Assembly: GCA_037447605.1 (NCBI GenBank)
Contig: CM074815.1
Span: forward strand, 806,001 to 870,000
Source of the DNA: Zygnema circumcarinatum SAG 698-1b
Lineage: Eukaryota; Plantae; Zygnematophyceae
Reading direction: 5' to 3'
Length of the DNA: 64,000 nt
The stretch's first letter is position 1; each line of letters starts with the position of its first letter. This document shows positions 1 through 12,859 of the stretch, piece by piece. The notes beneath the pieces are model-generated. The model made no database searches. It had not been told where the DNA came from and worked only from the letters and a program-made list of their open reading frames with translations. The translations under genes were made by a program, and so were the position numbers.

Positions 1-152
1 TTGTACTTTGGCTTTGGCTTTTGGAATTTGTATGTGGATGAATTGGTATAAGCTGAGTTGGGGATTAGGGATGAACATTGTTGGCGACTATTTGGCACTG
101 GTTGTTCATCTTGAATATAGTGGAATTTCATTGCTTGATCCAATGGTTCGAC
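1..152 (-). CDS. Possible first coding exon of a gene divergent from the golgin, running off the window
   Basis: Minus-strand acceptor ctgcacag at 153, ATG at 131 and an open frame MKFHYIQDEQPVPNSRQQCSS...KPKPKY to the window edge; no recognisable domain. Confidence 0.25.
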
Positions 153-294
153 CTGTGCAGTAGTAATGGCTTTTGAAAGTTAATGCAGAAGCAGTAACAG
201 AAAGGAGAGAAATTTGCATTTGGATCTCACGGTGAGCGATGCCCCATTGGACAAAAGCAGCAACAATTTTTCCGTAGGGTTATATGTAATTCGC

Positions 295-390
295 AAGAAG
301 CAAGTAGCAAGCAGCAAGCAGCAAGCAGCAAGCAGCAAGAACCAAGAAGCAAGCAGCAAGCAGCAAGAAGCAAGAAGCAAGCAAGCAACA
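295..390. repeat. Degenerate (AGCA/AGCAAGC)n simple repeat
   Basis: Directly visible. Confidence 0.8.
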
Positions 391-619
391 GAAGACGACA
401 ACACATAGCCTGTTGTCAACAAAGAGAGAAATCAGCCAAAGGAGAAGAGAGGGAAATCAGCCAAAGGAGAAGAGAGGATAAAAGAATGTCCTTTCCACAA
501 CTTCCACCACAACAATAATATTTAATGCTCTTGAATTGCGAGGCAAACGCCGCGAATGGCGTTGCTGCAAAAGGCAGGGAAGGAGGGAAGAGAAGGGAGG
601 GGAGGTGGCGGCTGACCGT

Positions 620-1330
620 CGCCTCCTGCAAACCCTAAAAAATTGTCGGCGGCGACGCGCGTACGGTAACCACGGTGGGCCATGGCGGACGCTTCAAATC
701 GTGCACGTGGCGATCGCTGATTGAAACGGCGTTGTGATGGAACTCGTCGTTTCATCGGCAAAACGGCGTCCTACGTGGACCGTAACGAGCTCGTTACGAA
801 ACGGGCTGATGGAAACCCACCCTGAGTCAAGGCGCCACGTGGCGAGTTTACCTACGTGGCAATAAATGATTTAACTGACGCACCTTTTCGGTGTGCGCTT
901 ACGGAATATGGTGGTGGCTTTACCCTCCCAGTTTTTCGGAAAATATTTTGAAGCAGCGGCGAGGTTCGAACCCTCGTTTTTTTTTGTTCGAATTTTGGAA
1001 TAGGACGGAGCCAAACGGAGCCGGTCACTGAAAGTGTACGGCAGCGCCTTGTTTCAGCACCTCTTACGGACAACCGTACGAACATGTACGGCGCCAGTCA
1101 CAGGCGGCCTTGGTTTCTCCTGAGGAAAATTTGCTCCCCTGGTAGCAGGGCCTGAGCTGGGCCAATGAATGGATGCCACGTAAGAATGCGTACCAACGTG
1201 ACGCTGACTTGGCGTACAGAGATTGGCTCCCGCAAGTAGAAATGGATGCCATGTAGGCATGCATGCTGATGTGACGTGCAGGGATTGGCTCCGTTGAAGG
1301 CTGGAGGGGCAGTCAGTTAGGGTTTGGAAC
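620..1330. promoter_or_regulatory. GC-rich, probably bidirectional promoter upstream of the golgin
   Basis: Telo-boxes AAACCCTAA (~629) and TTAGGGTTT (~1317), site II TGGGCC, G-box GCCACGTGGC (~834), several AACGG cores and an 18-bp perfect palindrome at 781-798. Confidence 0.5.
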
Positions 1331-1380
1331 TCCGCCCCCCCTCCCTCCTGCAGGCAGGCAGGCCAACTGGCCGACTGGGT

Positions 1381-1411
<31 letters not shown>

Positions 1412-1441
1412 GCTACTGCTGCTGCTGCTACTGCTGCTGCT
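1381..1441. repeat. (TGC)n trinucleotide microsatellite in the golgin 5' region
   Basis: Directly visible. Confidence 0.9.
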
Positions 1442-1750
1442 CTGCGACTGGCGCTTCGTTCTTGCAATATTGGGAATATTGGTGACACATGCGTTTCGGT
1501 ATACGTAGGAAAAAGCAGGTAAACTATTAGTCAGTGCAACTGAACAGGTTTCTCGGCTTTGTTTTTTTTTTTTTGGCTTTTTTGTTTCAAGAGGTTGAAG
1601 AATGGAAATGCATTGGAAGTTGCAGATCGTTTGGCTTCCTCAGTGCGAGACCGTGCAGCATTCAGCTGATGCACTTTTGGGAAGCTGCATAGTCAATATG
1701 AAGAGGTCTACTGCTTTGTAACTCCAGCTGATTTGCATCGGAGTGCAGAG

Positions 1751-4700
1751 ATGTGGAGCAGAATCGCGAATCTGAAAGATAACATCACAGCGATCGCAGC
1801 AGATGTCTTGGAGACTCAGGAGGAGATAGAGGCTGAAACAAATGGAGATTTTCTTTCACAGACTGATCCTCCGAGAAGCAGTAACTATGCAAGCACTGCA
1901 AGGAAAAGCAGAGACATTCAGGTAGGATTGTCGTATCAAGTGCTCACTATTAACGACTATATAAAGACCAAACATTGCCGCTGTCGGTATTGCCAGTCTT
2001 TGTTCAGCAGCAATTTTTCCATTAAAATTGTTCCATAACATAGATTGGGGTTGGGAGAGAGAATGTAGTGGTATAAGGAGGAGGTTGATCGGTTACAGTC
2101 GATCGAGAAAGACATGGAGATGACATTCAAGAGCTCCAACGATTCGCTACGGAAGAAAGAGGTCGGTTAGGTTAACCCTAAAGCAGCTTCACAATATTTC
2201 GAGTTTATGTCATCTTGGTAGTGCTAATCGCTGCTGTTCTCATTCATTTACCATCATCTTCATCATTTTTAAATGGTATCGCTAATTTCATGGCTGGTCT
2301 TATCGTTTTGGTTTATAGGAGGAAATGGTGGTTTTGCGGCGCCAAAACGAGGAGCTGAGAAGGCAGGTGGAGTTGGGAAGGCATGGCGGACATTCAACCT
2401 CAGGCACAGACGAGATCGTGAGCTTGAAAGAACAAGTTAAGGTAAGTCGACAAAACTGGAGCTTTTGCGAGGCTAAAATCTACTTTAGAGATATGAATCG
2501 GAAGTGTTTGAAGCTGAAATAGCAAGTGATTCCTAGCAGGCAAAAGGTGCTGAAGTTTGCGTCTGTAGACATTCTCTGCCATCCTTTTTTGATTGGGGGG
2601 CGGGCCTTCTCCTTCAAGGTTCAGTGAGCTAATTGCTTGTTTGCTCCACTGCTTGGGGGAAGGCTCTGCAAGCAGAACTCTCTCGCACCATCGAAAACCA
2701 TCAGGTGAGTTCGCCGTGTCAAACAATAAGGCCGCAGGTGTCACAAGTATAGAAACTTGGCAGCTCGCCATTCAGATGTTTTGCTGACAGTAATGGCAGG
2801 AGTGACGTGATCCAAGGAAGTTGGAGCAGAAGGGAGGAGAGGCGGGGGGAAGGGGGTGGGGGAAAGGGAGGTGAATATAAGTTTTAGTTTCTGCGGTGAG
2901 GAGTTTTTTGAGCTGCCGAAAACGACATTTAAAGAGTTCTGAAAACGAAGCTAGTTTTTTTATATCGGGCCTGTCTCGTATTTAAAGAGAAATTTCTGCC
3001 AATTGAAAGGTCCGCGGTGATTGTTTGCATTGCAGGAGAAAGTAGCGGCTGTGCAGGACAGTCACAGAAGACGAACAGATGTTATTTTTGAAAAGCACAA
3101 AAGGGAAATAGAAAGTTTACAGAAGGAGTCGAAGCTTAGGAATGGGATGGCAGACTCCCATCAGTCCGCTGGAGCCGGCAGCCATCCAAGTGGCAGCCTG
3201 GTGGATCAGAGGAAATTGGAAGAATTGGAGGAGAAATTGAAGCGGGCTTTGGAGAAAGAAAAAGTGAGCAGGCGCACCAAGCCTCAATTAAAGTGTCTTG
3301 GAACCATCCTTCTGCTTCCTTCCCTTCCCTGCGGCCCTCCTTTCTCCATTCTTACGGCCCTGCCCCTTTTTTTCCCTATCCCGCCATTCCCTCTACTGGA
3401 CCCCTTCTCCCAACTCAGAGGGGGTCCAGTTCCGTGATATCTGTTTGTCTACATCAAAGATATTGCCTGGCTTGTCGATCTTTTATGCTAGTCCTATGGC
3501 TCGGGAGATGTCGTCCGGGTTTCACTTTCTCCTCTAGCTTTCCTGCATTGAGTTTGTTTACCTTATTCATAGCCAATGGCACTGCCTTTCTTCTGTTCAA
3601 AACAATAAGCTTTTTGAAGGTCTTAAGGTTGCGCTATTGTGATGCAATTTTTAATCGTTAGATGGTTCTTCCTTTGTCTACGTGGCACAACTTGGGAAGA
3701 CGGAATAAGCAGCAAATTAGGACAAGAGAACGAAGCAGACGAACGGAGTGGCACACTTGCACTTCTTTATTGAAAGCTCTTGTCTGCATAATAGCTTGTA
3801 TTGATGATGCTTTTGGCGGATGCTGCAGACTCATGAACGGCAGGTTGCAGAGAAAGACCAAGCTTATGGAAAGCTCAAGAATTATCTTGAATCCTCATTG
3901 GCAGAAATCAATGACTTGAAGGGACAACTGGAGAAAGAGAGGGAGGCTTTATCCGACGCAAATTTGCAGCTTGAACGTCAGTTTCTTTTCCCAACCTTTC
4001 GTAAGCTCAAATAAGTTATATGAAGGACTAGAACTCATTCTGATGTTTTGCATTCCGCAATAGCTGGGCTGCTATTTGCAGCATTTGGCCTTGTTGAAGT
4101 TAACGATTCATATTTTACATCTCGCAGGAGATCACGGAGCGGTTGAAGCAGCCATGCGAGAATGCAACTTGCTGAAGGCTGAGAGGCAGAGGGTATGCTC
4201 TAATGGCCTCGCAATAAATGGACATTTCTCCTGCTACAAAATCCTTGGAGGAAGGTTTTAGTAGAAAAAACTTAATAAGTATTAAACACTGTAGCTGAGA
4301 AGAAGGATTGAGCATCTCTGCATGGTCTTGAATGGGCTTGTTTTGGCATGTTTAGAGCCCTGAGCCACAGTATGCAATGTTGGGAAATCATGCAGATGGT
4401 TGCGGAGATGGCAGAAGTTAACAAAAGTGCAGACGAGCGTTCGTCTTTCATGACTGAAGCTAAGGAACATTTTGAGCGAGCTCTGGCGGAACATAGTACA
4501 CGAATAGCCCAATTGCAGGTGAGCCTATTGAATTAAACCAATGAAGTCGAAGTTGTGGAGGTTGGAAGGGGGCGAGAAAATGGTTTGAGGGCAAGGGCAA
4601 GAAGGCGAAGTGAGTTATACAACCGTGTTTTTTGGTACTTGTGACGCTGTGGAAGTGCCATACATTCATTTCACAAGGCTTTTTTTTGCACGATTTGTCG

Positions 4701-7700
4701 GCATCATTTGCTGCCTTTCTGCATTGCCCTAGTAAGGTCTGTTCTTTGACCTTCAGTTTCACATCTTCACTCCACTTTCTACGATGGAAAACAAACTTAT
4801 ATTGGTCATCCGGGCCTATCTGCTAACTCTTTGGTACTGGAGCCTCGAGAGTTCTTTTGAGCCTACACCATTAATGAGTACCTTCTGAAGCTAGTCAGCT
4901 TCTGCCATTCTAGTGCAGGCGGAAAAGGATACTTTGCAGCAAGAGCTGAAGGAGAGTTTGGAGGCAATTGACAAGCTGAAAACTTCTGTTGCGGAAGCCA
5001 AGTCTACGAACTTCTCACGCACTGAGGAGGAGTATGGAGCACTAAAGATTCAAGCCGATGCAAATGCCGAAGAGGTACGTGGAGGGGAGAACACCCGTGG
5101 AATGGATTAGGAGTTCACTGAGCTTTCAACCTTCCTGATGTATTCGATGGGAGTGCTTAGGAGGGCCGTTAAACTGCAGTAGCGAGAGCTGCAAATGACT
5201 ATCGTTGTCTGAATGTGCAGTTGAAACGGGGGGCCGCGAGATTGATGGAGATGGAAGAGATGCTGGAACAGCAAAAATCTCAGCTTGGGACTGAGATTGA
5301 AGCAGCGAAAAAGGATAAGGACAAGGCTGTGAGGGACCTCATGAGACTAAAACAGCACCTGCTAGACATTGTATGTTTACATATCCGTCCCACTCCCAAA
5401 GCAAACATAATCTTTCTCCCTTTTTTAAGATCTTGTTTATCATTTCACCGTCAAAACTGTGTTAAAGGAGCATGTAGCATGAACTGTAAAAGTGAGCCTT
5501 TTGATGTTTTGCATTGAAGCTTTTGAGTGTTCAATGGTGGGAGCAGGAGTCAGCAGAGTCCGAAAAGATGGACAGAGACACGGAACGAATTCGAAACCTC
5601 GATGAGCAATTGCGGACATGGAAGGAGAAAGGGGCGGCAATGGAAGCAGCTTTAGGCAGAGCAGAGTCAGCCGCTGTGGAAGCAAACTTAAGGGCAGAGT
5701 ATGCTTTAGCAAACAATTCTGAGGAGCTTCAGCAGCTGAGAACGGAGGTGGCATCCTGTCATGCAGCACTTCAGGCGAAGGATGTCGAGTTGAATAACTT
5801 GCAGATTGCACTCGGGCAATACTATGCGGAGAGTGAAGCAAATGTAAGTACTGGAAAGGTTTCCGAATGTTGGAAATTGTTCTTTTGGGTCGACACCGAA
5901 AGTGTACTAGGTGTTGGGAATCTATGCAAAGAAAGCTAGCGAGCGGAGGCGCAGGGTAGCTAGCCTTCATGACTGTTGTGTCTTATGGGACTGAAACTGT
6001 CGTGAACATTGTGGTAAACCAGGAAAGGTTGCGTGGGGATCTTGCTTCAGCGAAAGAGGCTTTGTCCAGACTGGGAGAAGATTTGAGGGTAAGAGAGCTA
6101 TTTCTCATTTTTCATTTTCTCATTCATTCATTCATTCATTCAGAGTGCGTGATAGTGTATAGAGGTACGAGAGAAGCAATAGATTTTGCAGATTGTATTT
6201 CCTTGGCTACAGTGTGCTTGTTATGCCGGTGAAGGGGAAGAGAGAAGAGAGAGAAGACGAAGGATGAGAAGGAAGGAAGAGAGCTATCGTAAAGATTGAG
6301 TGCGGAATCTGCTGTGGAGACTTTTGGCATGGCAGATTTCGAAGGCCTTGGTGACAACAAAGGAGGAGGATATGGAGAAGGTGCAGAACAGGGCTGCATC
6401 TATAGAGCAGAGAATGACAGAAAGCCAACAGAAAACGCAAAAGCTTCAGGAAGAAGTTTCAATGTTGCGGCGTGCCTTGGAGCAAAGTATGATAAGGATC
6501 AACAGAATGTCAACGGATTCTGATTTCTATGTGGATAGGTAGGAGACTTTGCGCCCAAACTGCTCTCTTCAATCTTTAGGGGTATGATAAGCTTCGAAAT
6601 TCTGCGTATTCATACTTTGTTTCTTAGTTCATGTACTGTTTGTATCCCTGAAGTTGTGGGGAGGAAGGGAGCAAGATAGAAGTGAAACACGAGAGAATTC
6701 TGTATGAAAGAGGAGGATTGGAGAAGCAAGGGAGGAAAGGGAAGGAGGAGTATAGAGAGAGGAATGCACTAAAGAGTATTTATTTTGCAAATTTACCTTC
6801 TCACTCTCAGACATTTCTTATGGCTTTCTGCCTCTCTGCAGGCGAATAGTGATCAAGCTACTGGTGACATACTTTCAGAGGAATCATAGTCGAGAGGTGC
6901 ATCCCTTTCTCTCTCTCTATAGGCTCGGAGTGCAGGTTTTAATGTAGACGAGTACAAACAAGCAGATAATATACGCATATTCTTTTGCTTAAGCAAAGGG
7001 TAGTGGAGAAAGTGAAGCTATGTCGACCTGAAGGGAAGTGTAGTGGGGAGTATTGACGCTTCTGTGTAATATAGGTATATAGGTGTTGTCTTCTACACTC
7101 TTTAAGGTTATGGAGGAACTTGTTCAGGATCATCTCTTCGTCCATCGTTTTCCAATCAAGCAATGCTGCTGTGTGAGCAGGTTTTGGACCTTATGTCTCG
7201 AATGCTCGGCTTCTCTGAGGAGGAAAAGCAAAGAGTTGGATTGGCACAACAGGCAGGCGCTGGGGGAGTTGTGAAAGGCGTCCTCGGCTTTTCAGGCCGC
7301 CTTGTTGGTGGCCTGCTCAGAGGAGTGGCGCAGGAAGCAGAGTCGGCCCTGCCACCTGACGAGAACATGGTGAGTCACGCAATGTTATCATCATCATCAG
7401 TATCATCATCCCAATACTATCATTGTCATCATCATCATCGTTATCATTATCATTATCATTATCATCATCGCCATTATCATCATCGTCAAAACTGGTTTAA
7501 TCCATTGTCTTGCTGGACTTCCTGGTTTTTTGCTTTAGAACCATTCTGACTCAACTCGTTCATAGTGACCTTCTAAGATTGGGTGGTTGACTTGCTCAAT
7601 GTGTGAGTCGGTAAGTCTGCTCATCCGGGCACATATCTCAATTGGCAATCCTGAGGGTCGTCTAGGTTGGACTTGCTCTAGTAGTCACTACTTTCACAGT

Positions 7701-8422
7701 CAGGTGATGTCGGATTGAATGACAATTTTCTAAACAGCGATTTATCCCAAAGGGCGTCTTGAAAGCGTGTGTTAAGACATGATTTGCAGAGTCCTTGGCT
7801 TCTGCTCTGCACTTTCTGAGCGTGCACGTTTTTCAAATTTCTAGGCCCTACTGCCTCCCTCCCTCCGTCCATCCTTCTCTCCACCTGCTCCTAAGCTGAG
7901 CAATGTCCCCTTGGTCCCCCTTGTTGTCTCCAGACCTTCGGCGACCTTTGGATTGATTTCCTTCTCAAGGAGTCAGAGGAGCGGGAGAGAAGAGAGAAGG
8001 CCGACCAAGCCAGGAAGCAGCAACTGACCAATCCCACCCCGGCTTCTCCCAGAACCCCTCGGGCTCCAATAGTGTCGTCCTCTTCTGCCTCTCAATTCTT
8101 CTCCAACGCCTCTCCAAGGTCTCCCTCCAAGCCCTACACTCTCACTCCAAGGACTCCCCCGAGCCCAGTGAGGAGTCCAAGCCTTTCAGTGGTTCCGGAT
8201 GTGTACAATTCAAGGGAGGATTCGAGGAGGGAGACTCTTTCCAATGGCTTCCTTTCAGGGAACTCGAGTCCGGCAGTATCTCCTATATCCGCGGCGGATG
8301 CGAGTTACATGAGTGGGGGCGATTTTTCGCCAGTCCCATTGAACTCAACGACTCCAACGCCGTCGGCTGGCCCATCTCCGTACTCTCTTTCACAGTCGAG
8401 GTCGCTACCGTACTCTTTGTAA
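1751..8422 (+). CDS. GC4: Golgin candidate 3/4 (GMAP210-like coiled-coil golgin with GRAB domain), multi-exon
   Basis: N-terminus MWSRIANLKDNITAIAADV; coiled-coil exons (LMRLKQHLLD|ESAESEKMD, ELNNLQIALGQYYAE); GRAB region VDRRIVIKLLVTYFQRNHSREVLDLMSRMLGFSEEEKQRVG and TFGDLWIDFLLKESEERE; GT-AG introns; stop TAA at 8422. Confidence 0.88.
7386..7485. repeat. Intronic (CAT/TAT)n microsatellite
   Basis: Directly visible. Confidence 0.9.
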
Positions 8423-9511
8423 AGGAGAGCTTCGTTACCGTTGGAATGGCGGGGGGGGGCTCGGGTGAGAAGGGCGGAAGTTGCTTCTCTATGTGAAATT
8501 AGGCAAATTTAGGGTTTATCGTCAATTTGTGTATTATTCATATGAATAAATTGAGGTACTGCGGATTTCTGTAGGGTTTAGTGGAATAATGTGAGCTTCT
8601 CCATGTTGTACCGTTTATAAAAAATAGATGTGCCGAATTTCTTCAGGGGAGAAACCGCTTCTTATCAAAGTTGAGGTTCTGGAGGATTTTCATATTGTTG
8701 AAAGGGAAATTTCATTTCGTGTTTTCATACTTTTTTTAATCTGGATGGCAACTCTACTACTGTACATAGACCTCGCAGGAAGCTTGTTTCTGTGCGCAGC
8801 AGAGTACGGTACATTAATAAATAAATAAATAAATAAAAAAAAAAAACATTTTCCCCGTGCGCTTTCTGGAAACTCAGAAGCTGAATCTGCCAAACAACAA
8901 ACACAAAATTTGCCAAACGATGGCAACTTCTCTCTTGTACTCGCTACAATCTTGCAATCAAAGAATGCCATGTGCAGTTCCTCCTCTCGCAATGTACATA
9001 AGCCTAATCGACGCTTATCAGTTTGACGATCTCGTCTGGGCGTGTTTATTTCATGCTCGAATTTCATACTTTGCACAGCTCACTCAACAAAAAAAAAAGG
9101 AGGGCATGGAAGGGAAATGAATTTACAATTGAAGTCTTCCTTTCTCTGATTTGTCAGATTACAGCTTAACAGATCTCACGAAACGATGAGCTTTTCCCTA
9201 TATCTTTTCAGGCAGTTTTGCAGGAACCTTTTATTTTACATGCACAGTCGCTCCTCTGGATGTCCGTACACTATGGTACACGTTTCACACATACGGTACT
9301 ATTTTTTCTTTTCTGACAGCCGTCAACTACCCCCCCCTGCAAATCCCTATCGTATTCCCCTCCCTCCCTCCCTCCCCCCCCACCCCGTCTCTCATGAGTC
9401 GTGACACATTTTTTCCTCTCTCTCTCTCTCCCTCCCTCTCACTCGCCCACACACATTTCCCACGGCCTGCAGGTCAATCCACTAAGTCGAACCCGTAACC
9501 ACCCCAATCTT

Positions 9512-12239
9512 TCAGGACTTCACTCCCTTGACCAGCCCCTTCAGCGCCCCCTTGGCCACTTGCGTCTTCTTGAGCGCCCCCGTTTTCGAGGGAGTCAGAG
9601 CTTTTCGAAGCTTTGAGACCGTCCAGGCGGTGTGGATCATGTGCCCCGTGGTAGCCAGCCCGTGCTGAGCGAGCTCCCCCGCCTGGGCTCCATATCTGCA
9701 GCCCCCATACAGAAATCACTATTAATAGCAACAACAACAGAATTAATGATAATGATAAAAAAAAGTGCAATAGGCAATAGTAGAACTAACAGCACACAGC
9801 CTAGTACAGTACCGATGAGCCATATAGACTTAGAGTCTGTCGGATAGGTAGAAAAACCAGCAAGTAGCTTCTATTCTGGTCGGGTCATTGCATTGGAGTC
9901 ACTAATTGGAGTCACTAGTGACAAAACTTTACCAGTTACATATACATTGCTCGATCTCCAACCCCCCCATTAGTATAACCCTCCTACAACCTACTTGTGA
10001 GTTACGATTCCACTGGTTACAACAGATGTAGTATTTAGGACGTTTTTTCCAGCGAGCTCCACGGCATCGAACAGTTTTCCTGCATTGTTTCACAAACCCT
10101 CACGTGAGCTTCTTGGTAGTCAGTTAGAAGCGATGCCTTCAAGCTGTGAATGTACCTAATGAGTAGCAGCGCCGCCCACACGAGCAAGCAGCCGCAAAGA
10201 CAGGCAAGCAAAACTGCAAGCTCAGTGGAAAAGCAGCCAATGCGTGTGCCTGCATGCATGCCTTATTCCACTGCTAGTGATTATAAAAAGGCATCCACTC
10301 GAGAACACATAGTAAGTGACTTCATCATCTGAGAGAAATCAAAGTAAGCCAATAAAGCACATATGTAGATGGTGCATTCAGCGCCATGAGGAAGAAAAGT
10401 CGCTCACCAAATGCTTCCAGCGACACTATGACTACATCCCCTGGGAGGACCTTCCCAACTGCCGAATTGAGGAGAGTTTTCTTCAAAACCGCGCCTGTCA
10501 CAATGCCTGTCGTTGTAACCACTCCAGCCAACACGCTATCAGCAACTTTGGCTGTCATCTTCGACAACTTTCTCGCCCTGCATCCAATTCACACAGTTGT
10601 CGCATCAGTTGTGAAATCTGAACAACACTCCAACAAAAAGAACAACTAGAAGAAACAACTCCTTTTCAAAGTGTACAAGGCAGAGATAACAGCGCTGAAC
10701 TTACCGTCGCATGCTTTTCAGCACTGCAGGCTGAATCTTTAGTGGTTTCTCAGGATTCCCAGGCTTCAGTTTACTTCGAGCAAATGTACCCATCCTCTCC
10801 AAGTGGCTTGTCGCCTTGTTGCTCACATAGAATATGCCCTTGATCACTCCTCCCGATCCAGTCGCAATTCCACGCGCAACAGTGCCTCGATAATCATCCA
10901 CATTTGGCGCCACTTGTGTCCAATATTGCGCGTTCTTTTCTGCAAGCTGGCGGGCATCAGGATCCCTTGGAACAACTACTCCAGATTCATCTTGAACAAG
11001 CTCCCCTGAAACGATAACTCCGGATTCTCTCGCTTCTTGGACGCGACCTGTGTCTGTCCTACCGCTGGCAGCTGCAGAAGCTTTCGTCAGTTTTGCAGCA
11101 GAGTCCACATTTTCCTTCGACGCAGCAAGAACTGCGGTCTCTCCTCCGGATCCTGCGGAGGGAGCCACATCTGCAGATTTCCTGTTCTGGATTAAGAATG
11201 GAGGGGCTGCTGAGGAGGAGGCGGCGGTGGCGCCTACACCCTGAGAAGCGACCACCTCCGGCTCACTAAAAACGCAGTATTGCTGCAGACATGTGTCAAA
11301 CTGTTGTATAGATTCGAGGGGAATATCCCCAACTAGAGTTACGCCATATGACATGACTGCCATCTTCTCTTCCTTCCCATTCTCCACAGCCCCTCCCAAG
11401 ACTCCTGAACTTAGTGAACTTCCAGATACATGATTAAACTCGTCCTCCCCAGCATTTGGAGGGCGAGATGTACTGAGCTGCGGGCTTTCATCCTCATCCA
11501 AATCCTCAGATACACGCAAAGTAAACACATAGCGATGAGAATTAATCTTGAAGACGGGTTCATCCCATCCCAATGGCCATTGCAGATCGTTCCCGACCTT
11601 CACCAGCGCGACTACGCCTGTTCCTTCTTGAATAATGCGCACAACTCTAAGCTCTCCCATAGTAAGTAGAGCGCTTCCTTCTTGATCCACCATGTGAACC
11701 ATTGCTGCAGGTATGCTCAGCAACACCTCTTCACGTGCGTCCACTGCTGCCTCCCCCCTTGCAGCCACTTCTAGTCCCGCCTGCGCGACTACGTATGCCG
11801 AGTTATCCAGATTTGGAACTCCAGACTGTTCGGTGTATTGCTGAATACCATCTCCTTGAGAAACAGTGGCTCTCCCACTGGAGCTTACTGCAGGATAGAG
11901 CTGCTTCTCTCGAGGTATCCCTTGATTCCCTTCTTGATTATCCATTGCAACCAAAGGTGTGGTTTTTGAAGATGCAGAAGGTCCACTTGAAATGGCGGAG
12001 CCTGCATATCCTGAGGTTGTGTATGCAGTTGGAAGGTTGGGCTGCTCTTGAGCGTCTGTAGGTGAGTTTGAAGGCGCTTCAGCGCTGCTGATTACAGTGG
12101 TCCCTGCATGTTCCGGATTTTCTTCTGTATTCTGTGAAGGGCTTTGAGTGTTATCTCCAGAATATCCTCGAGATGATGCCATTTTGAAAGCGGGAACTTT
12201 CTCCTCTACCTTTGCAAACCAAGACTTCATCCCGCCCAT
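9512..12239 (-). CDS. ERD7: ERD7-like senescence/spartin-associated domain protein
   Basis: Exons 12239-10705, ~10578-10408, ~10079-9995, ~9695-9512; motifs EEVLLSIPAAMVHMVD, VKVGNDLQWPL, YWTQVAPNVDDY, ARGIATGSGGVIKGI, SLEAFGKLFDAVELAGKNVL, VTHKYGAQAGE...AWTVSKLRKAL. Confidence 0.88.
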
Positions 12240-12259
12240 GCGATCTGAATGATTGCCTC

Positions 12260-12350
12260 TCTCTTCTCTTTCTCTCCCTCTCTCTCTTTCTGTTCTCTCT
12301 CTCTCTCTCTCCCCCTCCCAGCCCCCTCTTTCTCTCTCTCTCTCTCTTCA
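12260..12350. repeat. (CT/GA)n tract in the ERD7 5' UTR
   Basis: Directly visible. Confidence 0.85.
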
Positions 12351-12513
12351 ATAATTCCCCCCCTAGTAGTAATATGACTTTCTAAGAAGCTCCAAAATCA
12401 AATGAAATGAGGGTGTGGGAGTGAAGGGGGTGAGAGCCTCAAGCGGGCGAACCCACAACGACAATTGAGTCACAGTCGTTTTCACATTATGAAAGGGATT
12501 AGAAATATCTTGA

Positions 12514-12744
12514 TACGTGCCACGTGTGTGAATGGAAAGCCCGTTTTTCCAGCCGGTCACCGCGCCAGCTCAGATTCTCGTCGGTCAACTCGAGTGCCAA
12601 GTCACCCTCCATATGACACGTGTCGACCAATGCCAGACCAGCGTTCTGGAAGCTCCACGTGTACAGCAGGCTGCCACGTAGGCTCCTCGTTTCACCTGTC
12701 ACGACGGAGTGGAGGGCCACGTTGACGAATATTGTAACACGTGG
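12514..12744 (-). promoter_or_regulatory. Cluster of ABRE/G-box (ACGT-core) elements upstream of the ERD7-like gene
   Basis: Seven ACGT-core elements (TACGTGC, CCACGTGT, GACACGTGTC, CCACGTGT, GCCACGTA, GCCACGTT, ACACGTGG) in 230 bp; GCCGAC DRE core at ~12852. Confidence 0.6.
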
Positions 12745-12859
12745 ACGCAAGTCGGACGGCGTCGAGGTCACGCGCGGCGCGGCGTGGTGTTCCGGGTGGG
12801 CGCGTTGTCGTTTTGGGCGGGGAATGGCCGGAGTGCCGGACAGGGGGTCGGGCCGACTA

